Origin: Acidobacteriota bacterium
GTDB taxonomy: Bacteria > Acidobacteriota > UBA6911
DNA length: 64,000 bases
Assembly: GCA_963664705.1 (NCBI GenBank)
Contig: OY761556.1
Location: 6,176,001 to 6,240,000, forward strand
Reading direction: 5' to 3'
Position numbers and translations under genes: made by a program. The notes below the pieces were generated by a model. It saw only the letters and a program-made list of their open reading frames with translations, made no database searches and was not told the DNA's origin. Below, one piece after another: positions 9,464 to 20,014 of this stretch (positions are counted from its first letter, which is position 1; each line of letters begins with the position of its first letter).

Positions 9464-10057
9464 GTGACAGGAAATTATATGCAACCGTTTAAGAGCCCTT
9501 TCGAAATTCAGGATTTTATCAATACGCTGAAATATCGTCCGGATGGCGGAGCGATGTCACCGCTCGTGGTTGAGCGCACCGGCAAGGCAAATTGCTTCGA
9601 TGGGGCGGTATATGCGGCGGCTGCATTGGAAACACTCGGCTTCCCACCGCTTATCGTGGATCTGCTTGCAAAGAAGGACGACGATCACGTGATCGCGGTA
9701 TATCACGCCGGGGGATGGGGAGCTCTGGCTCAGTCCAATACCACGATGCTGCGAGCGCGGGAACCCGTATACCGCAGTCTGCGCGAGCTTGTGATGTCTT
9801 ATTTCGATGGCTATTTCAATGTCCATGGATACAAAAGCTTGCGAGGCTACTCTGCTCCGGTGAATCTGAAACGGTTCGATTCCTTGAAGTGGCGGACAAC
9901 CGAAGACAGTCTGGATGCCGTGGAGAGCTATCTCTTCAAGGTCAGGCATTACCCACTCATCACCCGGCAGATGGAACGAAAACTGGTACCGGCAGAGCCG
10001 CTGCTGATACGTGCCTGTTTCCTCAATGCAAACAAGAAGGGCCTCTATCAGCCCTGA
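9464..10057 (+). CDS. Transglutaminase-like (vasohibin-like) cysteine protease
   Basis: ANCFDGAV, DDDHVIAV and WGALAQSN...YRSLRELVMSY parallel the vasohibin Cys/His/Ser motifs. Confidence 0.7.
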   Translation: MTGNYMQPFKSPFEIQDFINTLKYRPDGGAMSPLVVERTGKANCFDGAVYAAAALETLGFPPLIVDLLAKKDDDHVIAVYHAGGWGALAQSNTTMLRAREPVYRSLRELVMSYFDGYFNVHGYKSLRGYSAPVNLKRFDSLKWRTTEDSLDAVESYLFKVRHYPLITRQMERKLVPAEPLLIRACFLNANKKGLYQP

Positions 10058-10263
10058 CCGGCTCGATCAGATGCGGACCAAGGAAGTTCTCCCGCATCAA
10101 TATGGATACGAATAATTACTATTTCGCTGACGCATTGCTCCTGTTCTCGGCAGAACGAAAAAAGGACCGGAAAAATTGTGTCTAAGGGCGTATAAATTGT
10201 TTGTTTGGACATATCTTGATGATGACAAAACGTTTGGAATGATCCGACCCCGGGAGGAAAAGC

Positions 10264-11910
10264 ATGGGAGCAAAAATGAAGTCTTTGACCAGGCTTGCCG
10301 CATGGAAGGCTCTCGCGGCACATCGTAAGGATTGGGGTTATCCTCTGACGGAGCTTTTTGAGGAAGATCCGGACCGTGGCGCGCGCATGACCGCAGAGGC
10401 TGCCGGCCTCTTCCTGGATTATTCAAAAAACTACGTTTTGCCCGAGACATTGGAACTGCTTGTTCAACTTGCCGAGGAATGTGATTTGCGCGGCAAAATT
10501 GATGCCATGTTCCGGGGAGACAAAATTAATATTACGGAAAACCGGTCTGTCCTGCACGTAGCGCTTCGTGCCCCCCAGGGTTCTTCCATTATTTGTGATG
10601 GCGAGAATGTAGTGCCCAAAGTGCAGGCCGTCCTGGAAAGAATGGCGACCTTTACCGGACGCATCTGGAACGGCTCGTGGAAAGGCTTCACGGAGAAACC
10701 GATCAGGAACATTGTCAATATCGGGATTGGTGGTTCCGATCTGGGGCCGGTGATGGCGTATGAGGCCCTCCGGTACTACAGCAGACGTTCCATGACGTTT
10801 CGGTTCATTTCCAATATCGATGGGACGGATCTTGTGGAAGCGGTAAGGGATTTGGATGCCGAGGAAACTCTCTTTATCATTTCCTCCAAGACCTTCACCA
10901 CGCTTGAAACAATGACCAATGCAGAGACTGCCCGCGCATGGCTGCTGCAAAAACTCAATGCTGGAGAAGAGGCGGTCGCAAAGCACTTTGTCGCTGTATC
11001 CACGAATGTCGCAGCCGTCACCCGGTTCGGAATCGATGCTGATAATATGTTCGAATTCTGGGATTGGGTTGGAGGGCGATATTCCATGGATTCGGCCATC
11101 GGTCTCGCGACCATGCTGGCAATTGGTCCCGACAATTTCCGGAAGCTGCTCCATGGATTCCACCAGATGGACGAGCATTTCCGCACGGCGCCTTTTGAAA
11201 GCAACCTGCCGGTGCTCCTGGCGCTTCTTTCGATCTGGTACTCCGATTTCTTTGACGCCGAAGCCATCGCCGTCCTTCCCTATGAGCAGTACTTGAAGCG
11301 CTTTCCCGCCTATCTTCAACAGTTAACAATGGAGAGCAACGGCAAGTACGTTACCTTGGATGGGAGAGAGGCCGATTATCAGACAAGTCCCGTTTACTGG
11401 GGCGAGCCCGGCACAAATGGCCAGCACTCCTTTTATCAATTGTTGCACCAGGGGACGCGGCTGATTCCGTGCGACTTTATCGCATTTGCTGAACCGCTGA
11501 ATCAGGTGGGCCGTCATCACGACCTTCTGATGGCGAACGTTTTTGCGCAGGCTGAAGCGCTTGCTTTCGGTAAAACGCTGGAAGAAGTGAAAGCCGAAGG
11601 CGTCGAGGATTGGCTGGCCCCTCACAAAGTTTTTGATGGGAACCGTCCGTCCAATACCATTCTTGCGCAGAAACTGACTCCTGAGGTACTCGGCAGCCTC
11701 GTCGCCCTTTACGAGCATTGCGTGTTCACCCAGGGGGCTATCTGGAATATTGATTCGTTTGACCAGTGGGGTGTTGAACTGGGCAAAGTTCTGGCCCAGA
11801 GGATTGTCCCCGAGCTTGAATCTCCGGCTGAGCCCGAGCTCCATCATGACAGTTCCACCAATGCCTTGATTCGGCGCTACCGGCGGCTCCGGCAGAATAT
11901 CGGATCGTGA
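10264..11910 (+). CDS. pgi: Glucose-6-phosphate isomerase
   Basis: [44 protein letters not shown]. Confidence 0.97.
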   Translation: MGAKMKSLTRLAAWKALAAHRKDWGYPLTELFEEDPDRGARMTAEAAGLFLDYSKNYVLPETLELLVQLAEECDLRGKIDAMFRGDKINITENRSVLHVALRAPQGSSIICDGENVVPKVQAVLERMATFTGRIWNGSWKGFTEKPIRNIVNIGIGGSDLGPVMAYEALRYYSRRSMTFRFISNIDGTDLVEAVRDLDAEETLFIISSKTFTTLETMTNAETARAWLLQKLNAGEEAVAKHFVAVSTNVAAVTRFGIDADNMFEFWDWVGGRYSMDSAIGLATMLAIGPDNFRKLLHGFHQMDEHFRTAPFESNLPVLLALLSIWYSDFFDAEAIAVLPYEQYLKRFPAYLQQLTMESNGKYVTLDGREADYQTSPVYWGEPGTNGQHSFYQLLHQGTRLIPCDFIAFAEPLNQVGRHHDLLMANVFAQAEALAFGKTLEEVKAEGVEDWLAPHKVFDGNRPSNTILAQKLTPEVLGSLVALYEHCVFTQGAIWNIDSFDQWGVELGKVLAQRIVPELESPAEPELHHDSSTNALIRRYRRLRQNIGS

Positions 11911-12614
11911 GCATGAAACTGGAAATTTTGGCGGATGCCGATTCCGTTGCGCGCAGGGCTGCGGCGATCATCGCGGATGCAGCGCGCAACGCGGTCGTGG
12001 ACAGAGGACGATTTGTTCTGGCTGTCAGCGGTGGCCGAACTCCCTGGGAAATGATGCGTGCATTCTCCGGCGAAGATGTTCCCTGGGCAGGGATCAGAAT
12101 TGTGCAGGTGGATGAGCGCGTCGCCCCGGATGGGGATGCCGATCGAAACCTGACGCATCTGCGCGCCTGCCTGCCGCAGGAAACTGCTTTGCTCCCGATA
12201 CAAATATATCCGATGCCTGTCGGGCAACCGGATCTGAGGGCGGCCGCGGATGACTATTCGCGAACGCTTGAAGAACTGGCCGGCCGCCCCGCCGTTCTTG
12301 ATCTGGTTCACCTAGGCCTCGGCTCAGACGGCCATACCGCTTCTCTTGTGCCCGGGGATCCGGTGCTTGATGCGCTCGATGTGGACGTTGCTTCCACCGG
12401 CATATACCAGGGAAGACCGCGCCTTACCCTTACCTACCCGGCCATCAATCGAGCACGATGTATCCTTTGGGTGGTGACGGGAAGCGAGAAGATGGAAATG
12501 CTTTCCCGTCTCTATCGCGGAGACCGGTCTATTCCGGCCGGTCGAGTGGCGCGCGAGCGCGCATGGATTCTTGCGGACCGCGCGGCAGGCGAAAACCTGG
12601 TTCCGGCGGTCTGA
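11907..12614 (+). CDS. pgl: 6-phosphogluconolactonase
   Basis: [28 protein letters not shown]; overlaps the pgi stop. Confidence 0.93.
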   Translation: MSMKLEILADADSVARRAAAIIADAARNAVVDRGRFVLAVSGGRTPWEMMRAFSGEDVPWAGIRIVQVDERVAPDGDADRNLTHLRACLPQETALLPIQIYPMPVGQPDLRAAADDYSRTLEELAGRPAVLDLVHLGLGSDGHTASLVPGDPVLDALDVDVASTGIYQGRPRLTLTYPAINRARCILWVVTGSEKMEMLSRLYRGDRSIPAGRVARERAWILADRAAGENLVPAV

Positions 12615-12638
12615 CCCTCGAGCTCCAAAATTCCCGGA

Positions 12639-13313
12639 TTACTTTCGCTTGAAGATCGGACGCAGCAAGTCCGGCATGAATTCTTTGAGAACCCCAAGTC
12701 CCACATTCCAGCCGGCCGTGATGGCGAAACGCGTGGCGGCATCGCCGGCAGAATCAGAACTGGGCGGCTGCCAAAGCCTGGAAATACCGGCTCCGCTTGC
12801 AAAGCCTGCAAGCAGGGATACGGACGGGTATCTCTTCCCATTGTCGTGGCGAGCCAGGACTCCACTCGACAGAGCATAGCTGATTCTCGGGCCGAAGCCC
12901 TTTTTTCCGGAGGCAAAGTATCGATTGTCTTCGTGCAGCAGGCTTTCAAGCCCAAACCTGACGGTATTCCGGATCGCATACTGGCCCAGGACATCCGCAT
13001 AGCGTTTCCCATAGCCGGAGCCACCCTGTTCCCATTCTTCAGGATCGTCCGACCATTGATGAAACCCGGCCGAAGCGGCAGTTTTGACAAACCAGATCGG
13101 ACTGCGCAAACTCCCCACAAATGCCCGATTCCGTTCTCCCTGGGTCAACGGCTTGAACTCACCCGGATTGTTTCCACTCTGTATATTGACCAGACCATAG
13201 GCGCGGCTCCAAACCGTGCCGGCGGATCCATTGTCCTGACAGACGGCGGGGACTATCCCCGCCATGATGACGGATAAAATTAGCCAGACGCGGACCGGTG
13301 GATTGTTCTTCAT
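12639..13313 (-). CDS. Exported hypothetical protein
   Basis: Signal-peptide-like N-terminus; EWEQGGSGYGKR and LHEDNRY motifs; no function assignable. Confidence 0.65.
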   Translation of the reverse strand: MKNNPPVRVWLILSVIMAGIVPAVCQDNGSAGTVWSRAYGLVNIQSGNNPGEFKPLTQGERNRAFVGSLRSPIWFVKTAASAGFHQWSDDPEEWEQGGSGYGKRYADVLGQYAIRNTVRFGLESLLHEDNRYFASGKKGFGPRISYALSSGVLARHDNGKRYPSVSLLAGFASGAGISRLWQPPSSDSAGDAATRFAITAGWNVGLGVLKEFMPDLLRPIFKRK

Positions 13314-13541
13314 AGCAAAACGGACCTCGAAGACTCAAAGGCTCAAAGAAATTTCAGGTCTTCGAGCTCGGATCGGCAACGATCTATAGAATACTACACG
13401 GATCTTCGAGCCAACTTCCACTTTTAGTGTTCTGATGCAGTTGGATGACGGGTCGGGGTTTGCTATTATCAAGAAAAACCCAAGAATTCGAATTGTTTCA
13501 AGGATGATGGTTGGGTTTGCACTCTGGCTAAAGGAGTCGCT

Positions 13542-15776
13542 TTGAAAACTCAGACACCGACGATCATATGGACGTGGACGGATGAAGCCCCTGCACTGGC
13601 TACGCTGTCTTTTCTGCCAATAGTGAAAGCATTTACACAGGGAACGGGCATTGCCCTGGAGCTTTGGGATATCTCCCTTGCCGGGCGAATCCTTGCCAAT
13701 TTTCCGGATTGTCTGTCCGAGGGGCAGCGCATCCCGGATTACCTGACTCGGCTCGGTGAGTTGACGCTTCTTCCCGAAGCCAACATTATCAAGCTACCCA
13801 ACATTTCCGCTTCGATACCCCAGCTTACGGAAGCGATTCGAGAGCTTCAATCGCAGGGATACAATGTTCCCAATTATCCGGAAAACCCGCAGAACGAATC
13901 AGAGCGGGCCATACAGGCGCGATATTCGAAAGTTTTGGGAAGCGCTGTCAACCCTGTGATTCGCCAGGGGAATGCGGACCGTCGATCGCCCGCGTCCGTG
14001 AAGGAGTACGCAAGAAAGCACCCGATCAAAATGGGGGCGTGGAGTGCAGACTCAAAGACCCATGTTTCTCACATGACGCGTGGGGATTTTTACGAAAGCG
14101 AAAGATCCGTAACACTCGGTGCCGACATCCGTGTGCGTTATGAATTTGTAAGTCCCGAAGGCTCGGTTCAAGTGCTAAAGGAAGATGTCTCGCTTCCTGC
14201 GAATTGTGTCCTGGATACTTCGGTTATGCACGTGCGTGAGTTGCGTTCATTCTATGAAGAGCAGATTGAGGAAGCAAAACGACAGGGCGTCCTTTTGTCG
14301 CTGCACCTGAAAGCGACCATGATGAAGGTGTCGGACCCGGTTTTGTTCGGCCACGCCGTCAGTGTCTACTATCGACCCGTTCTGGAGAAGCATGCGGATG
14401 CCATGCGGCAGATCGGATTCAACCCGGATAATGGAGTGGGGGACCTTCTCTGCCGGCTCCATACTTTGCCTCCCGAAAAGAAATCGGAGATTGAAGCGGA
14501 CATAAGGGCTTTGTACGAAAGCCGCCCCGCTCTTTCCATGGTCGACTCGGACCGGGGCGTAACCAACCTGCACCTCCCGAATCTCGTGATCATTGACGCG
14601 TCAATGCCGGCAATGATCCGCGATTCCGGAAAAATGTGGGGTCCCGACGGCAAGCTCCACGATACGAATGCCATGCTCCCTGACCGTTGTTATTCGACAA
14701 TGTATAAGGAAATTGTCGAGGATTGCCAACGACACGGGGCGTTCGATCAGACCACGATGGGGAGTGTTCCGAATGTCGGCCTGATGGCACAGGAGGCGGA
14801 GGAATACGGCTCGCATGACAAAACATTTATAGCCAGGGGGGGCGGCAGGATTCGCGTCGTCAACCAGGCCACGGGGGATTCGATCCTCGAACAACCTGTG
14901 GAAGAAGGGGATGTTTTTCGATCATGCCGCACTACGGATGCCGCGATTCGCGATTGGGTAAAACTGGCGGTGCATCGGGCCAAAGCCAGCGGCGCGCCCG
15001 CTGTATTCTGGCTGGACCGGAGCCGTGCCCACGATAGGGAAGTCATCAGCAAAGTGGAATTGTATCTGAAGGAGCACGACACGCAGGGATTGGATATTCG
15101 AATTCTGGATCCTGTGGAGGCAATGAGATTCTCGCTTGCGCGGATCCGAAAAGGACAGGACACCATTTCGGTGGGCGGCAATGTGGTTCGCGACTACCTG
15201 ACGGATCTGTTCCCGATTCTGGAAATCGGCACTTCCGGCAAAGTATGGTCCATCGTACCGCTGCTGGCGGGAGGCGGACTGTTCGAAACCGGAGCCGGTG
15301 GCTCTGCTCCAAAACACGTTCAGCAGTTCCAGAAAGAAAACTATTTGCGCTGGGATTCGCTGGGCGAATTTCTGGGCCTGGAAGCATCGCTGGAGCATCT
15401 GGCCGGGCAGTTCCAGAGTCAGCGTGCCGCTCTGCTGGCTGAGACCCTGGATCTGGCAATTGGCAAACTGCTCGATAACAACAAATCGCCGGCACGCAAG
15501 GTAGGAGAAATCGATAATCGAGGAAGTCACTTCTACCTCGCGATGTACTGGGCGGAAGCGCTGGCTTCTCAATCGAAGGATCCGGAATTGCAGGCACGCT
15601 TTGCTGCCGTGGCAAAGCAAATGTTCCAGGATGAAGCGAAAATCAATGCCGAGTTGATGGGGGCGCAACGCAAGCCTGTGGATATGGGCGGGTATTATCA
15701 TCCCGATATGGCCAAGACCGCCAAGGCCATGCGGGCCAGCGCAACCTTGAACGCCATTATCGACGGTATGGTTTAG
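13542..15776 (+). CDS. icd: Monomeric NADP-dependent isocitrate dehydrogenase
   Basis: [65 protein letters not shown]; TTG start with RBS AAGGAG. Confidence 0.96.
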   Translation: MKTQTPTIIWTWTDEAPALATLSFLPIVKAFTQGTGIALELWDISLAGRILANFPDCLSEGQRIPDYLTRLGELTLLPEANIIKLPNISASIPQLTEAIRELQSQGYNVPNYPENPQNESERAIQARYSKVLGSAVNPVIRQGNADRRSPASVKEYARKHPIKMGAWSADSKTHVSHMTRGDFYESERSVTLGADIRVRYEFVSPEGSVQVLKEDVSLPANCVLDTSVMHVRELRSFYEEQIEEAKRQGVLLSLHLKATMMKVSDPVLFGHAVSVYYRPVLEKHADAMRQIGFNPDNGVGDLLCRLHTLPPEKKSEIEADIRALYESRPALSMVDSDRGVTNLHLPNLVIIDASMPAMIRDSGKMWGPDGKLHDTNAMLPDRCYSTMYKEIVEDCQRHGAFDQTTMGSVPNVGLMAQEAEEYGSHDKTFIARGGGRIRVVNQATGDSILEQPVEEGDVFRSCRTTDAAIRDWVKLAVHRAKASGAPAVFWLDRSRAHDREVISKVELYLKEHDTQGLDIRILDPVEAMRFSLARIRKGQDTISVGGNVVRDYLTDLFPILEIGTSGKVWSIVPLLAGGGLFETGAGGSAPKHVQQFQKENYLRWDSLGEFLGLEASLEHLAGQFQSQRAALLAETLDLAIGKLLDNNKSPARKVGEIDNRGSHFYLAMYWAEALASQSKDPELQARFAAVAKQMFQDEAKINAELMGAQRKPVDMGGYYHPDMAKTAKAMRASATLNAIIDGMV

Positions 15777-15780
15777 TAAC

Positions 15781-15810
15781 CGGGAGCGCCGCATCTCACG
15801 GGCGCTCCCG
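15781..15810. terminator. 10-bp GC-rich hairpin between convergent genes
   Basis: CGGGAGCGCC-gcatctcacg-GGCGCTCCCG directly after the icd stop. Confidence 0.55.
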
Positions 15811-15836
15811 ATAAATTGCCGGGCACGCTTCCGTGC

Positions 15837-16601
15837 CTAGAGCAGACGGTCCGGTCCTGTCGGATTTTGCGGGAATGTCTCCGCAAATAGGGAAACTGCC
15901 ATTGGCCTTGCGGATAACCGGCCCGGCCGGTAATCCGCTTTCAATGCAGCAAGGTACGCCAGTTTGTTTATCACCCAGGCGTCATCCTTCTTTACATAAG
16001 AGACTTCGCAGACGCCGCCTTCCCACCCGTAAACAATTCCTTCTCCCTGCAGCCGAGCCATATCCACCAGCGAAGAATGCCCGGTCATTGGGACACCGAC
16101 CTGCATGGAATAAGGGAATTGACCGGTTGCGGTCATGCGGTCTTCCGCCACCTCCACGATATCCAACTGCCGGCCGGGATCCGATTCGAATCCGGGCACG
16201 GATTCGACCTTCTTCCCTGTTCGTCCGGAGGCGAAATGGTCGCAATACAGGCGTCGAATCCCGTCTTTTCCCACATAGAGACCGCCGTTATAAATCACCC
16301 GGGCGTCATCGGTGAACAGGCCGACGACCTCTTCGTACATGCCCTGATCGAGACGGGATTCGAATGACTGGTGCAGCCTGCGGATGGTGTTTGCGTCTTC
16401 GAGGCTTCCAATGCGGCTGGCAAGACGATCCAACTGTCCGCTTCGTCCGGCATCGGCATCTGCCTTGTGGGCTGGAATTCCCGCCACGGCCGATGCAACC
16501 ACCGCCGACATGGCCGCGCCGGTTTTCCAGATGAAGGAACGTCGTCCTGTATCCGGCTTGGTGTGGTTTCCGGCAACCGATTCAGGTTTTAGGATAGACA
16601 T
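15837..16601 (-). CDS. Tat-exported SnoaL-like/NTF2-fold protein
   Basis: GRRSFIWK twin-arginine motif plus hydrophobic stretch; LEDANTIRRL...LFTDDA...WVINKL pattern. Confidence 0.75.
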   Translation of the reverse strand: MSILKPESVAGNHTKPDTGRRSFIWKTGAAMSAVVASAVAGIPAHKADADAGRSGQLDRLASRIGSLEDANTIRRLHQSFESRLDQGMYEEVVGLFTDDARVIYNGGLYVGKDGIRRLYCDHFASGRTGKKVESVPGFESDPGRQLDIVEVAEDRMTATGQFPYSMQVGVPMTGHSSLVDMARLQGEGIVYGWEGGVCEVSYVKKDDAWVINKLAYLAALKADYRPGRLSARPMAVSLFAETFPQNPTGPDRLL

Positions 16602-16602
16602 C

Positions 16603-18411
16603 TTATGCTCCTTTCACTTTCGCATTCGGTCCGAAGAAGCGCTTTATATCGTAGCCTCCGATTTCGCGCGCAATTGCTCCGATAAGATTGAGACCGACGC
16701 CTCTTTCCCCACCCGAGAAGCCAAAGCCTGAAGCACGCTTCGTCTTTACATTTTCAATGATACAGGTTTCGGCGCCGTTGCAGCCCTCTTCCACCAGGTC
16801 GAAAATATATACGCCATCGCGAAGCTTTACATATAGAGCCGGGGCGCACCATTGCATTCCAAGTGTCTGGTTTGCCGTATAGATCGTCCATGAAGACGAA
16901 TGGGGTGTGGTGTAAAGGTGCATAGAAGTCATCTGATCGGAATAGGTTCTTGTGAAGCCGCGGCCAACCAGTTCGTGCGTGAATTCATGGCGTACATACC
17001 TCGGCGCATCGATGCCTTCCAATTCAGCTGCGCCAAAGATGGCTCTGTAAGAAACCTCATTCCCGTAATACTTCGTTCCCATCCTGGAAAGAATGCATGT
17101 GGTCAGCCCGTTGGTCAGGTCCAGGGCGATTCTTCTGCAGGTCCGTGGTTTGCTCCCGGTAACGATGTGGGCGAAGAATACCAGTTTTTCATCCGACTCA
17201 AAGGCGCGGTAGGTCTCCTTTTGCCAGTCCTTGTCGCCGTCCTTCTTCCACTGGAGGTTATACAGGTCGAGGACTTTATAGTTCCAGGCCGGTCCCTCGT
17301 TGTCATAGCGGAGAGTGAATTCCTTGCCGATCAGCAGGTCACTTAACGGCAGCACGTTGCCACCCATTCCGCCGCCCTGTTCCTGTGGGGTATTGGCGTC
17401 GCCGGTGAAAGTCCGGGTACTTTTTTCAGCCGCCTGCTGAACCTCTTCATCGGTCATGTTTTTGAAATCTCTGCCCGGACGATAGACAATTCGCTGCCCC
17501 TTGGGCGGTTTGGCGGCCGGCTGGCTTGGTTGTGTTGCATTGGTCCTGCCGAGATCGACTTTATCGCCGTGCTCATCGAAGGGGGCGAGTGAGGTCAAAT
17601 GGCCCACCACTTTCCCGGTTCCCCGGAACAAGTAATATTCCAGGTCGTCCTTTTCGTTGAAGCCAAAGCGCATGCCCGCCTGGGTTTCCGTAAACAGGTC
17701 GAGGACGTACATGGTCATGATGCCGGAAAGCTCGCATTCCGTTCTCTGGTAGATAAAGAGGTTGTCATTGATCATTACATAGTCTGACGGTGCGCAGTAG
17801 CTGAGATCATCGGCATGACGGGTAAGCTCGACGAAATTCGAGGAGGAGACCGACGGATACAAGTCCAGGGTCTCGATCCCTGTGTCCTGTTTCCAGTACA
17901 TGCCGGAGCCCTCGAGCCGGTTGGTTGTGTGATGCCGCTTTTTCGGCGCTTCTTTTCCCGAGACCTCTACATAGCCGAAATAAATCTGGCGCTGTACTTC
18001 CCGGTCATCGATCATGAATTCTTTTTTTGACATCGTGACTTCTTTCTTGCCGCTGCAAAGCCATATTTCAAAGACCGTGGCAAGATTTGTATTCAGATCG
18101 ACGAAGACGTTATAGCCCTTCCGGGCTTTGGGCAGAAGGTGGGAGAAAAACACCACGTTCTTTAGCGACAGGGCGCCATAGGACGATTCCACTGCGGCGC
18201 CGCCATCTTCGACCAGAGTCAGCTTGTTCCTGCCCTTAAATGAGTAGTTCAAAACCGGGCCATTGTCGGTCACGATCTTGAGCGACTTCCCGTTGAGAGC
18301 ATCCGATAATTCGGATGCACATTTCGGGCCGGCGGCAGTTGCGGCCAGCTTGCGATCGATTTGATCGCTGCTGAGTTTGGTGTACTTAAATCGATGCATC
18401 GGCTCGTTCAT
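16603..18411 (-). CDS. MoaF-family-like protein with internal duplication
   Basis: LNGKSLKIVTDNGP / LIGKEFTLRYDNEGP N-type domains and LEGSGMYW / LVGRGFTRTYSD..H.Y...KLRDGVY C-type domains. Confidence 0.6.
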   Translation of the reverse strand: MNEPMHRFKYTKLSSDQIDRKLAATAAGPKCASELSDALNGKSLKIVTDNGPVLNYSFKGRNKLTLVEDGGAAVESSYGALSLKNVVFFSHLLPKARKGYNVFVDLNTNLATVFEIWLCSGKKEVTMSKKEFMIDDREVQRQIYFGYVEVSGKEAPKKRHHTTNRLEGSGMYWKQDTGIETLDLYPSVSSSNFVELTRHADDLSYCAPSDYVMINDNLFIYQRTECELSGIMTMYVLDLFTETQAGMRFGFNEKDDLEYYLFRGTGKVVGHLTSLAPFDEHGDKVDLGRTNATQPSQPAAKPPKGQRIVYRPGRDFKNMTDEEVQQAAEKSTRTFTGDANTPQEQGGGMGGNVLPLSDLLIGKEFTLRYDNEGPAWNYKVLDLYNLQWKKDGDKDWQKETYRAFESDEKLVFFAHIVTGSKPRTCRRIALDLTNGLTTCILSRMGTKYYGNEVSYRAIFGAAELEGIDAPRYVRHEFTHELVGRGFTRTYSDQMTSMHLYTTPHSSSWTIYTANQTLGMQWCAPALYVKLRDGVYIFDLVEEGCNGAETCIIENVKTKRASGFGFSGGERGVGLNLIGAIAREIGGYDIKRFFGPNAKVKGA

Positions 18412-18649
18412 TTGCTCGTCTCCTAAAGAAATCAGTTTTGTTGCGAAATCATATTCGAACGAAGTCTGATAAGTACCTGGGCTGCCGTTCGGAGTTCCGG
18501 AGGCCCCCCGATCAGCTCAATAATTTAAGTAAAATGAAAATGTGTGGGGATATTACTACGAGAGAACACCGGGAACACGGAAAAAACACGGTGAAATGAA
18601 GGACGTTGCACCGTGCTTTTCCCCGGGAATTTCGCGGGCTCCCAACGCT

Positions 18650-19885
18650 TTAGGAGAACTCGCGCGTGCAGTCCATCAGAGCCTGCACATTTTCGATTCT
18701 GGCTTCGTCCAGCACGGCACCCGCGCTCATGATGTATCCGCCGTCCCTGCCAACGGAATCGAGGAGCTTTTTGCAGTAGTGTCGCACCTGGTCCACAGTT
18801 CCGGTGGATAGGAGGGACATGGGAACATTTCCCATGATGCAGACCTTTCCTCCCAGGATGGCTTTTGCCTGCAGCATATCCACGTTTTCAAACCAGTAGA
18901 TTATCTTGCCTTCGGGCACGTCGGCAATCGTGTCAAGCCTTGAATGGTAGGGCCCTTCCACCAGCAGGACCGGTGTGAGATTCTCCCGGACAAGCGCCAG
19001 CAGCAACTCGCGCAGCGTGGGCCAGTAGAATCGTTTGAACTGCTCCAGGGACATGAAATTATCCGACCCCTTGTGCAGCGGGATCAGCACGCGTGGATTC
19101 CCCGACATTTTGGCTGCCGGAACGGCCGTTTCCAGCATGATGGGAAGGAGCTTTTCGCAGGCGGCCGTCAATTTGTCCGGACGCCGGTACATATCGAGAA
19201 GAATGCCTCGCGTGCCCCGGAAATAATCTCCAAGAGTGTCAAACGGCGCCTGCGTGCCAGAGGCGAAGAACATCGGGAATCCGGCCTGTGCGAGTTTGCC
19301 GACAAAACCCTGAAGCGCAGCCAGTGATTTGGCCGACTCTTCTCCCGCTTTTCGCAGCGCTTCCAGGGCTTCGATCCCTTGTGGGCTGGCCAATGGGATG
19401 AACCCTGAAGTCAGTCCGAAAAAATAGCTCATGATTGTGCGGATAGGGGGGAGTTGGCCCAATATGCCAAGTTTTCCGAGCGTCCTGGGCCAGTATTTGC
19501 GAATCAGATAGTCGGAAGGATCAAATAGGAAAGCATCGTATTCTTCCGCTTTCATGTACTCCCCCTCGACATACTGATACCCGTAATCGTCCGGCAATCC
19601 GTATCCCGACCATTGAAGCTGCTTGTAATCGAGAGTCTCCAGCACTGAACCGAAAGTCAGCGGAGCGGACGCCATGTCCGGTTTGAAATCCAGCGTCGCC
19701 TTCAGATTTGCTTCGTAGCTTTTTTCAAGATCGTACAGTTCATCTTTGCGACTGATGCCGGCGTATCGGCTGGCAAAAGCCCCAAACAGGATAACCGCTG
19801 GAATCTGTGAGGGTTTCTTCAACGCCAGTGCATCCAAAACTCGTTGTTCCCGTTCCTGGTAAAGCTGCAGGGCAGTCTTTGTCAT
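18650..19885 (-). CDS. Uroporphyrinogen decarboxylase/MtaA-CmuA-like TIM-barrel protein
   Basis: PFDTLGDYFRG, FMSLEQFKRFYWP, CIMGNVP, GGYIMS, ENVQA. Confidence 0.85.
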   Translation of the reverse strand: MTKTALQLYQEREQRVLDALALKKPSQIPAVILFGAFASRYAGISRKDELYDLEKSYEANLKATLDFKPDMASAPLTFGSVLETLDYKQLQWSGYGLPDDYGYQYVEGEYMKAEEYDAFLFDPSDYLIRKYWPRTLGKLGILGQLPPIRTIMSYFFGLTSGFIPLASPQGIEALEALRKAGEESAKSLAALQGFVGKLAQAGFPMFFASGTQAPFDTLGDYFRGTRGILLDMYRRPDKLTAACEKLLPIMLETAVPAAKMSGNPRVLIPLHKGSDNFMSLEQFKRFYWPTLRELLLALVRENLTPVLLVEGPYHSRLDTIADVPEGKIIYWFENVDMLQAKAILGGKVCIMGNVPMSLLSTGTVDQVRHYCKKLLDSVGRDGGYIMSAGAVLDEARIENVQALMDCTREFS

Positions 19886-19972
19886 TGGCAGGTCTCCAAT
19901 TGTCTGGGCTGGCTGTTATTGTAACAGAATGAAAAAGCGGGAGTATCGAGTTTCGAAGGGGGAATGGGGCAG

Positions 19973-20004
19973 GTGAGATTCGTGGCATTTGCCACGAATC
20001 TCAC
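19973..20004. repeat. Perfect 15-bp inverted repeat
   Basis: GTGAGATTCGTGGCA-tt-TGCCACGAATCTCAC, 10 nt downstream of the 20015 stop. Confidence 0.8.
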
Positions 20005-20014
20005 GAGAGTATTT

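Noticed and set aside
13542-15776. icd with altered specificity ([15 protein letters not shown] variants)
   Set aside because: The substrate- and metal-binding residues I can identify (S/N/R/R, K, Y and the three Asp) are retained.
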